A stretch of DNA of 60,686 bases, filler included, from Basidiobolus ranarum (lineage: Eukaryota), in NCBI GenBank assembly GCA_040143965.1. It is 8 parts of 8 records of this genome, joined end to end, with 100 filler letters (N's around TTAATTAATTAA, not from the genome) between each part and the next. Parts side by side here need not be neighbours in the genome. Positions count along the whole stretch, not along the records: positions 45,624 to 53,108 come from JASJQH010001114.1; positions 53,209 to 60,686 come from JASJQH010001115.1; 6 more parts are not named here. One strand, 5' to 3'. The position numbers were made by a program, and so were the translations under genes. Shown here piece by piece: positions 50,401 through 60,126 of the stretch; within the stretch, counting starts at the first letter, position 1; each line of letters begins with the position of its first letter. The notes under the pieces were generated by a model that did not search any database, had not been told where the DNA came from, and was given only the letters and a program-made list of their open reading frames with translations.

Positions 50401-52030
50401 TAATATTTTGATACTATCCATCATATCTGAGCCTAAATCACCAATGCTTATAGATAGCTTCTTGGAGCCTTTGATTGCAGAATTTGAATGGTTATCTAGT
50501 GGGTTTTGGATGGGTGAACATTGTATTAGAGGAATTGTCATTTTATGTATTGATGTCACTCCTGACATCAGTAAACTTGGAGGTTTTTGCAGGCACAATG
50601 AACTATTTTGCTGTAAATTTTGTTGAATCAATGGAGTCTACTCTATCAGGCATATGCATTACTATTGTCCAAGCACAAAACTAAACTCCAGGATGTTACC
50701 ATCAAGAGCCCAGTCAGATTTCAACATGAACACTAATATTACTTCACCAAATGGTCAGTCTATCATCACACTCCGTACACAGAATAAGGGAATGAATACC
50801 AGAGGAAAACTATAGAAAGTGCAAATATAGGGTCAGGAATACCTTAAGAAAATGGTAGGAAGAAAGGACTGGTAGAGAAACTGTAAGAAAATTGTTGCAA
50901 TATCAGCACAATACCATTATAAAACAGTCAGAAAATAGTATGAAATGCAAATTTAAGTTTTCTTTGTTAGGGACATGGTATTTGCCATATATCTAAGATT
51001 ATATTGCCAAAGGCAATCAGCTGGAGCCAAAGCTTTCTATCAAGCACTATGCACTTAGTATTCAACAACATTCCAATACTACTTACTCAGATATATAGTG
51101 GAGAATTCAATATGAATCAGCCATTCAAGATAGGATCAAAGTTGGAATTGATTAGGAAAATGATTCAAGATATCAAGATACCATCATATTTTACCAGGAC
51201 TCCAATCTATATCTACTCAGCTAGGCATTTATTCAAATGCAAAGACTGGAAGTATTGGATTTGTATATATTGAAGTGGAATCTTGAAAAGATTTCTGCCT
51301 GATCAGTATGGGCAACATTGGGGGTTGTTTGTGAATATTGTGAATATATTCTTCCAGCATCAACTCACATTGGCAGATCTCAGGCAGATACTGCAAATGT
51401 GCAAAGATTTACTAATTGCATATTAAAAACTCTATTACAGGCTTAAAGTAGATAGATTGAATTTATGCCAGTATGCCATACATTCCCTGCTGCATCTTAC
51501 ACAATGCTTAGAGATTATAGACCCTTGCTATATATTCTGGGAGTTCCCAATGGAGTGTACCTGTAGTGAAATGATGCTCTGTGTGAAATATTCAATAATA
51601 CCATATGCTAATATGATGAACAATGTATCAGCAAAATCATGATGGATTTAATGCAATGGGTTAAGGAGACTTTGGAGTATACATAGCTTCCAATAAAGGG
51701 CTCTTTTCAATGCGCTCACAGGCTTTTGCATTGTTTGAGCACCATAACAGCAACTAAACCCAATCCATAGACACAGAGTAAGTACCTCTATAATTTGGAC
51801 TAATTTGTTTATGTGATAATCTGATAGTATTTCTAGGAAAGCTGCAAGATAGACTTCTTGGTGATATATATCAAGATGTGCAGTATTATTGTTTTAGCCA
51901 TGGGCTAATCTGTTCAAGCAATGACACATCAATTTGTAGCCAGACATTTGTTGACTGCTAGTAAGGGATATTTTGACTGAATTCTTTAAGGATATTTGCA
52001 AAAATCCACAAACTTATTCTCATTGAGAGT
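47490..52030 (+). mobile_element. Decayed CACTA element, copy B, inverted relative to copy A (ORF2 on -, about 47590-49144; transposase on +, about 49500-52030)
   Basis: ILILSIISEPKSPMLIDSFLEPLIAEFEWL, GFCRHN..CCKFC, MHLVFNNIP, FKCKDWKYWICIY, IHSLLHL and FWEFPME. Confidence 0.85.
50772..50972. mobile_element. 201-bp MITE-like insertion in the copy B transposase, with imperfect TIRs and a 2-bp TSD (AC)
   Basis: Absent from the paralogues near 39125 and 56265. Ends are TCCGTACACAGAA and TTCTTTGTTAGGG, flanked by AC at 50770-50771 and 50973-50974. Confidence 0.7.
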
Positions 52031-52099
52031 AGTAACAAGAATCAGCTATTTGTCTGATTTGACTTTTGATTGCATACATCTCATTATGGTGTTATGCCT

Positions 52100-52926
52100 G
52101 AGATTCTCTTGATGTAATAATTCTATCCAAATTGTATAGAAAGGCATGTTCAGTAATGGCAAAGCAGGTATTTTGGAAGTTGATGGTCTTGAAGGTGTTT
52201 CTTTTAGTCTTTGCTCAACTATTGACCTACTATGTAGTTAGGTGATTGTAATCTTTTCACTTGCTCTATTGCTAGGAAGGAACACATCTGGTAAATTGAT
52301 TAATTCTTTGTCATTACTTGAGTCAATTTCTGGCATGTTAATGCCTTCTAAGGTAGACAGTAGATTGCTATGCTCCTCATCAATGAAATCCTCTGTTCTT
52401 GCTGGTTTTGTTCCTGGTGTGCCACCAGGCTTTTGCTTGGAAGCCAATTTTGATGTAGATTATGATTGCTTTTTGAATGGCATTGAAATATTAGATGGTA
52501 AACCTAGTGTAATGAAGTTGTTGAGAAACAGCTTATAATAAATCAGCATTACTGTTCATTATTGGTAAAATCTTTTAAATCCCCTGATGACTCATCTGGG
52601 ACAGTGTCTCAGATTCAGCTGATGATATTGATGTAAAATACCTAATATACCACCCTTATGTAGGAGTTGTTCTTTTTTCTACAATATCCTTCTCATGCTA
52701 TGACAAAACATTTAAAGAAGCCCTGCTATTATTGTCACAAATTCTTGTGCTATGAGAGCTGGCAGCCTTGTAGAAAAACTAGATTCCCCATCTTAAAGCT
52801 TTGATGAAATCACCCAAATATTAATCATTGACACAATATGAATATACTCACCATAAAGCTGATTGTATTACCAATATAGTTGATGGATATCACTACCAGA
52901 ATTTGAAAAGTCAAGGTTTCTCTGAG
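52100..52926. mobile_element. CACTA-family fragment (ORF2 5' end, intergenic region and a transposase piece)
   Basis: ASKQKP...EDFIDEEHSNLLSTLEGINMPEIDSSNDKELIN is paralogous to 40771-40920 and 48953-49144. Confidence 0.8.
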
Positions 52927-53108
52927 TGTCATGATTCTGATCTCGGCATACTGATCCACTGCATATGGAACTCTTCTATTATTAGATTATGACATCATAT
53001 CTACTGTGCCATCCCTTCTCGGCAATCTGGTGTCAGTTCATCCAGATTACCTTATATGGAAGTCATGTTCTTTGGAACATTCCATGAAACCTAACCAATC
53101 ATGTCATC
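52927..53108 (+). repeat. LTR-like repeat starting TGTCATGATT (inverted copy at 53540-53793)
   Basis: Interrupts a transposase piece, starts with TG, and aligns by eye to the reverse complement of 53610-53793. Confidence 0.6.
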
Positions 53109-53208
53109 NNNNNNNNNNNNNNNNNNNNNNNNNNNNNNNNNNNNNNNNNNNNTTAATTAATTAANNNNNNNNNNNNNNNNNNNNNNNNNNNNNNNNNNNN
53201 NNNNNNNN
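53109..53208. other. Artificial contig linker
   Basis: N44-TTAATTAATTAA-N44. Confidence 0.99.
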
Positions 53209-53539
53209 ACCTTGGGTATGAAGAACTCTATAAAAATATTCAGGAGAATATATCAAAGAGACTAGGGATTTTGAAGGTGACAAATTAGCATTCAAGTGGT
53301 AATTGTGTAAAATTTGAGTCATGTTTTTTGCACATGTGTTGATCCATAGTTCTCTGAGATTTCAGCCAATCATTTTCAACTTTTTGCAAGATCTTGAAAT
53401 TTCACTCCTGAAACTGAAAAAATTGATTCAAATCAAATCTAACTTGACAATTTTATGACAGTAAGTAAACAGTCAACCCCAAATGGATTAAAATTGTGAT
53501 GGTTTTCCTACAATAACAATCCTCAAATTTCTGTTAGGG
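53209..53539 (+). mobile_element. CACTA-family terminal arm ending ...TTTCTGTTAGGG
   Basis: Closely similar to 45933-46263; the similarity ends one base after TGTTAGGG. Confidence 0.8.
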
Positions 53540-53793
53540 CACAGGGGGATGATGTAAGGATGATCAGGTAACAATCCATGGAAGATCTTGGTGGAAATAT
53601 ACTAATTGTGTGACAATATGATTGGTAATATTTCATGGAATGTTTGAGAGAACATTACTTCCATAAAAGGTAACCTGGATGGACTAGCACAAGATTGCCA
53701 TGAGAGGGTGGCACAGCAGATATGATGTCATAATCTAAAAGTAGAATAATTTCATTTGCAGTGGATGAGTATGCTCAGGTGAAAATCATGACA
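53540..53793 (-). repeat. LTR-like repeat, inverted copy of 52927-53108
   Basis: Ends ...AATCATGACA, the reverse complement of TGTCATGATT. Confidence 0.6.
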
Positions 53794-54709
53794 AAGACTC
53801 CAGACTATAGTAACCTTCTAACATAGGTCTCTTTTCAATATGCTCATGGGCTTTCCCACTGTTTGAGCATGGTAACAGCAATGCAACCCAATACAAGGAC
53901 ACAGAGTAAGTATCTCAATTATTTAGACTACTCTGTTCTTGTGATAATCTGATGGCATTTCTAAGAAAACTTCAGGATAGACTTTTTGTGAGATATAGCA
54001 AGATTCACAGTATCATTGTCTTAGCTATTGGGTAATCTATTCAAGCAATGACATAGCTATCTGTGGCAAGAGATTTGTTTATTGCAAGTTCAGGATATTT
54101 TGGCTGTATTCTTAATGGAAATTTGCCAAAATATCAAATGATTATTCTCCGTGCTAATGGTAACAAGAGTCAAATATTTGCAAAGTATTGACTCTATTCT
54201 AATTTTCAGATGTTCAGCAATTTTTCACTGTTAGTTTGCTAGCAACTCATGTTGATGTTGATGAGTTATCTCTCATCAACCAAATATATGCATATTTAGA
54301 GACTAAATACAATGAGGTTCTGGTATTTTTTGATTCTCATTAAGGCTGGAATACAAAGCCTAAAATATCTAAATAAAGGCATGCATACAAACTTGAATTC
54401 CTATAGCAGTAAACCAAGTAATTTGCCATTAAAAATTGGTTTTTTTGGAAAATTGTGGTAGGAAGTTAAATAACACAATCCATGTATTAAGGAATAATAT
54501 TTCAGCATGTGAGATTACTTTAGCAATACTATCAAGAAGCCACCATCATACCATCAAAATATTTGGCAGAATACAAGCAATCAATATTGTCAAGGTCCTC
54601 TGACAGCTTTGTGCTTGAGAATGGTGGAGCCAGTCCAGATTGAATAGATTTTTTTATTGTTAGGATTAAAAAGTCCTTGCTGCAAGGTTCCACATGACAG
54701 TGCCTCTCA

Positions 54710-57390
54710 CCCTAACAAAGATAAAATTAATTTGATCCTGATTTGATTCACCTTCTCTGGTAGTAATCCTGTCATAGAACTGTGACAAAGTTGTTTGCTG
54801 GTATTTTACCAGATTGAAAGATGATGCAAATTTGGTATCCTGATGCTATTCTAATAGCATTAAGTTGTGTTAAATCACTGATACTCATTCTCTGGCAGGC
54901 ATTTTTTAAATCCTAATGATATAGGAAAAATAAATTTTTTGTCTGGCATTTTGATTGGTTTACTGGTTTAAGAATCTAGCATTCCTTTATTTACAAATCT
55001 TAGGCCTTACATTCCAGCTATAATATGAATCAGCAAATAATTGCATCTTGTTATGATTGGTCTATACATATGCACATACTTGACTAATCAGACACCTTTT
55101 GACAATATTACTACTCTTTGGTATCAGACACATGGTGTAAAAATTGCTGAATATTGGAAATGTTAAGCACCATTAAAACCTGGCAAATAGCTGCTTTTTG
55201 CCACCACAGAAAATAAAAATATGCTTGTTAAGTTGTGTGAGCTTTTGGAATGCATTTGGTCAAATAATCTCTGACTCACAAACTATATATGATCTATTGA
55301 AAGTGCAATTGTCACTACCTGATTATATATGCAAGACTAAGACAAAAAGTACCATGTACCTTAGTCTATATCATGGAGAAGTCTCTCTTGCAGCTTTCCT
55401 TTAAATCATATTGGAAACATGATAGCCATGAAATGGTTCCAATAGATATATATTTGCTAACTCTCCATGCATTTAGTTTTATTGCTTTTATTATGCTCAA
55501 ACAAATCAAAAACCTGTGAGCACACTGGAATGAGCCCTGAGTAGGATGACTACTACTATCTGGAGCTTTTTTAAGCATTGCATGATATCCATTACTTATT
55601 TTGCTGTTACATTATTGATAAGATGGGTATATGGTAGTATTGATGCTTTCACATGTAGCATCATCTTCTTTCTACAAGTATGCTCCATAGGGTACTCTCA
55701 GAATATATAGCAAAGCCCTAGGATTTTTAAGTCATGTGAAAGATGTAGTAGGCTTTTATACAATACCAGTGTAGATTCAGTCTATCTTCTCTAAGTCTCC
55801 AGTAAAGTTTTTTGTGTCCAATTACAAAATCTTTGCAAAGCCACACTAGTAGGCCAAGATTGGGCAATCTGAGTTGATGTTTTGAAAATATATTTACAAG
55901 AACCATACCCACTGCTGATGTTGCAAGTTCTTATGATACAGGAATCTTTTGAAGATCCCACTTGAGTATATGCAAATCCAACACTTCCAGTCTTTGCATT
56001 TAAATAAATGCCTTGAGGAGTGGATGCTTATGAGAGACCTTGTAAAATATGTTGGTAGCTTGTCATTTTCAAACATCCTGCCAATTGATTCAAACCTTGA
56101 TACTATCTTGAATGGTTCATTTGGATTGAACTTTCAATTGTGAAGTTGAGTCACTAATGCTGGAATGTTGTTAAACAGTAACTGAAGTGTAACTAATGGG
56201 CAACTCTAAGTGCAGCTAATCTCTTTGAACATTGGAATTCTAGACCCAGGGCTGATCCCAACTTTGATATCAGACTGACCTATTAGTATATTGCTATCAT
56301 GGAGCATATTGAATTCTAAATGAGCACTTGGTGGTATAATCTTTTTGGTATTGTCTTTGGATAGCAGTGATGAATATCCTTGTTGAGTAAGTACTAAGTA
56401 TGAAACAGAATCTACAGCAAGATAGTGCATTGTTCCCACAAAAACATAGAAGTCTACAAGTGGCTGGGGTGTCACCAATAAATATAGCAAAATTAGATCT
56501 GACAAAATATTGGTTTATATATACTCCATCAGATACCCATTCAAATTCAGCCTGCAATGACTCTAAGAAGCTATCAATGAGCATAGGTGGTTTAGGTCCA
56601 TGTATGATTGATAGTATTTCATTGCTATCACTCTTATACCATTCAAAAGGAGGAATATTTTAGTTAATTAACATCATTGGCCAGCATGCCTTTCTAATGC
56701 TATGTTTGTTTTGTGAGAACCTATCCAATGCCTAGGCAAAGGCAGGATTGTATGTATTCTGATAGAAACTTTGACTTTTCAGATTTTGGTAGTGATATCA
56801 ATCAAGTATATCAGTAATACCATTAGTCTTATGGTGAGAACTTTGTATTGGATTGTTGATCAATAATTTGCCAACTTGAGCAACATTTTGAGATGTGGTA
56901 GCAATGATATATATGGCAATTGGTAACAATATTTAACCAACTTAGTGGTTACCAATTCTTTTCAAAGAATGCATGATATTTTGTTTTTCATCTTACCAGT
57001 GAGAGCCAAACAACCATTTGGGCATGAAGGAAATTTAATCACAGAAGGATTGTATGTCAAATACTAGTTACAAGTTTTCCGTCTTTACCAGGTATGTGAT
57101 AGGCAACAGTCAACAATCAGCTGTGACAGAAGTGCAAGACAGCTGGTGCATGCCTGGTTACTTTAATTGGGGCTGACTCTCCACTCTTTGATAATCCAAA
57201 CAGCTAGTAGACTTACATTTACTGATAATAAGGACTTATGCACACAACTGTTATCATTTTCCTCATCTAATATACTTGCATCAGCACCAGTATAAGTTAA
57301 GTTCTCAGTATCAAGCAGTATATCTTCAAAATCTTCTGAACTTGCTGGTTCCACAGAACCAGCACTACTTGTAGCTAGATTGTGCTCAGG
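54710..57390 (-). mobile_element. More divergent CACTA element: terminus CCCTAACAAAG at 54710 and transposase pseudogene on -
   Basis: FPSCPNGCLALTG, LIDSFLESLQAEFEW, IFIGDTPA..FCGNNALSCCRFC and RHLFKCKDWKCWICIYS. Confidence 0.8.
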
Positions 57391-57399
57391 TAAATGTGA

Positions 57400-57855
57400 T
57401 TGGGAGTATTAGTAGAAGAAGTGGACAAGTCTATTTGCGTTATAGGAGCAAATATGTATTATCTCATCAATGTGAAGGCGTTGATCTACCCAGTGTTTGT
57501 CACAGATTTGCAGCCTCCTATGGCTACCCTGCTTACACAAGCTTCCGGGGTGAGTATTTTAGCTGATTATGTCTACAGCAATTGGTTCCAACAAATCCCT
57601 GAATTGGTACACATGGGCGTGAAAATTAGGATAGAAGGACGCTCAGTGATTATTGAGCCTTCCGAATTGAATGCAGCAAAAGTAGAAGCACCAGACCTTC
57701 GTGCAGGAGTCGCACTCGTGATTGCAGGCCTAGTTGTACCAGAAGGCGTTACAGAACTTTCAGGCGTAGAATATATTGACCGAGGATATGATCATTTAGT
57801 AGCCAATCTTCGTAATTTGGGTGCAGAAATTTGGCGGCATGCAGAAGAAGGCTAG
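57400..57855 (+). pseudogene. murAB: C-terminal fragment of bacterial UDP-GlcNAc enolpyruvyl transferase (MurAB/MurZ type)
   Basis: VKALIYPVFVTDLQPPM, ELVHMGVKIRIEGRS, DLRAGVALVIAGL and IDRGYDHLVANLRNLGAEIWR. The N-terminal two-thirds is missing and several conserved Arg are replaced by Cys, Trp or His. Confidence 0.9.
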
Positions 57856-57882
57856 TATATTTTAATACTGGTAGTCAAACAA

Positions 57883-58410
57883 ATGGAACTATAACTTTCT
57901 GAACTGAAGGAAATAAAATTAACAGACTATTACTTATTAGCGACGGAATTTTATGTTCCTTACTATAATACTAAAGAATCTATCGTCACAATTCTTATAG
58001 CACAAGCCGAAAAAGGTACTCCTAATGCTGGAGAAACATTCTTACGAAGGGAATTGCAAATATCATTACGACCAACTACCAGACTAATGATCTCTTTGTA
58101 TTACTAACAAGCGTCCGGAGGAAGTAATGGATATGCCATGCTTGGTAATTGGGAAGACAGTGTTTTTGAAGTTGACAAGTTGCTCGAAAATGATATTAAG
58201 TTCACTGAGCTGGTTCTAGAGTGTATCTTAAGACTTATTGAAAATAAACAAAATGTTGTCATTTTTATGGATAGCCATTCCACCATGTGCTAATATATTG
58301 AACGGAGAGGTTAATCCCGCTGCATTATATTTCCTAAAGGATTTTTTGAGTCAGTGCAGAAAATTGGCTACATGGTGATTTGATATTCAAAATAGCATTT
58401 ATCACTGCCC
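57883..58410 (+). pseudogene. rho: Decayed, internally deleted bacterial transcription termination factor Rho
   Basis: Across frameshifts: MEL*LSELKEIKLTDYYLLATEFYVPYY..ILIAQAEK (Rho N-term), PNAGET (Walker A PKAGKT), IANIITTNY..DLFVLL, RPEEVMDM, ELVLECILRLIENKQNVVIFMDS (Walker B) and IPP...G.VNPAAL..PKGFF. Confidence 0.85.
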
Positions 58411-58619
58411 ATTTCCAAGTAAAGATATAGTAACCTATGTTAGCATTTATTAGCCTTTACGGAACCTTTTTTATGATATAATTCTTTGTTTTAGACACAG
58501 GAACGTAGCAGTGTGCCAAGATGAAACGATTTTCTCTATCCAACACTCTTCTTCATACTTTATACTCACGTTCATATACAGAGAGTGAATGATTAATCCT
58601 GATATGGGTAATTTCGAAA

Positions 58620-58720
58620 TCATTGCGTCCTTATAATGTCTGAATATAGTCTTGAATGTATAAAAGGGCTCAATAGTATTGTGTTTTCGTACAGCTTCAG
58701 TTGGTTCTTCAACCAGTAAT
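58620..58720 (+). promoter_or_regulatory. TATA-containing core promoter, duplicated at 60022-60110
   Basis: ATCATTGCG...GTATAAAAGGG...GTTTTCGTACAGCTTCAGTTG versus ATCATTGCG...GTATAAATGGG...GTTTTCATACAGCTTCAGTTG; each TATA starts 76 nt before its ATG. Confidence 0.65.
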
Positions 58721-58734
58721 TACTTCCACCAAAA

Positions 58735-59418
58735 ATGTCTCTCAAAGTTACTCTTATCAGCGCCATATTGTTAGCCTCTGTAACTAATGCAGCCGACAAT
58801 CAGTTGAGCACACCTGCTGACCATACTGTTGAACTCTCTGCGCCTAACTTTCTATTAGGTGAGAAGTTGATCGTTGGCGCGGGTACTTATTTTATCATTC
58901 CTGACATCATGTTAGATAAAGAGGTTGAACTCACCCCCGAGGAATCACAAATGCGTCGTACCATCCTTCGGAAAATATTATCTCGCTTGTCAAAGACCTC
59001 TGGGGTCAAGAAACTAGGCAAACTTGTGACCGAGATGCCTCTTGAAACGGATGACCAAAGCGCCAGTACTTCTGTTTCTCCTAATGTGGACAGTGCTGGG
59101 AATAATGATGTTGACTATAGTGTGCATGGTGAAAGGGACATAGATTTAGATACTTCCCCAGAAGAAACTGAGTTACGACGAGGAGGTCGTGGTGGGCGTG
59201 GGCGAGGTCACGGCCGTGGTCGCGGTGGAAGAGGCCGGGGACGTGGTCGTTTTGGCAGAGGTCATGGTCGCTTTGGCCGTGGCCGGTTTGGTAGAGGTGG
59301 AAGATTTGACCGTTTCGGTGGTCGCGGTTTTGGTAGATTCGCCAGATTTGGGAGATTTGGCTATGGTGGATACGGATGGAATGATGATTGTGGCGGAGAT
59401 GATTGTGGAAGCTGTTAG
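58735..59418 (+). CDS. Secreted multi-peptide precursor A (signal, acidic pro, RR, cationic helix, acidic spacer, RR, Gly/Arg-rich peptide)
   Basis: 227-aa intronless ORF in good start context (AAAAATGT). Signal MSLKVTLISAILLASVTNA, TPEESQMRR (aa 67-75), SPEETELRR (aa 141-149). A tandem paralogue supports coding status. Confidence 0.85.
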   Translation: MSLKVTLISAILLASVTNAADNQLSTPADHTVELSAPNFLLGEKLIVGAGTYFIIPDIMLDKEVELTPEESQMRRTILRKILSRLSKTSGVKKLGKLVTEMPLETDDQSASTSVSPNVDSAGNNDVDYSVHGERDIDLDTSPEETELRRGGRGGRGRGHGRGRGGRGRGRGRFGRGHGRFGRGRFGRGGRFDRFGGRGFGRFARFGRFGYGGYGWNDDCGGDDCGSC

Positions 59419-60126
59419 TTGATTTGTACCGAAAAACTGATGATCTTGAGCGATCCTTCGGAATCTCTTTATACCAAATTTTCACACCCTTACCCTACTA
59501 TTCCTTTTGTCTAATGAATAAAATCATTCACCATCCGACTCCGTTCCATGTTAGTAGAATATTTTGATAAGAGTTTGAACATCCCAACAAAAAGCAGACA
59601 CCTGTATTATATTGCGTGAGAAACAAATCTGTAAATATATCTCTCACTAAACACCAGATCAAATACTGATTACTTCCTACTAGAAGTTTTTACTTATGGA
59701 CATCACTACCAATTTGTGCATTCAAGCCGGGATATTCAACAGTACTATTAGTTCGTCTCACTGATAACTTTTATAAATAAGTTGTTTTTTCAAGCATAAT
59801 AAATCCTGTTACCATCTATTTCCAAGAAATACACAGCTGCTTAAGTTATCATTTATTAGCCTTGACGGAACTGTTTTTACGATATGGCCTTCCGGTTTAG
59901 GCACAGGAATGTAACAGTATGTTAGGATGAATTGACAATCTCTCTCCAACATAACTCTCTTCAATACTTTAAACTCGTTAATATAAAGGCAGTGAATACT
60001 GAACTCCAACATCACGACGATATCATTGCGAAACAGTTTAGTATTCAGTGTATAAATGGGCCTGGTATCACTTTGTTTTCATACAGCTTCAGTTGTTTTT
60101 TCTACTATCACTTACTCGTACCAACA

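Noticed and set aside
7518-53208. Seven regularly spaced TTAATTAATTAA palindromes flanked by Ns
   Set aside because: Artificial six-frame-stop linkers. Segment lengths fall monotonically (7517 to 7478 bp), so these are size-sorted contigs and no cross-linker gene cluster can be claimed.
57400-57855. Functional fungal MurA, a peptidoglycan pathway or fosfomycin resistance
   Set aside because: Only the C-terminal third is present, with no catalytic Cys loop, no ATG, and conserved Arg residues mutated.
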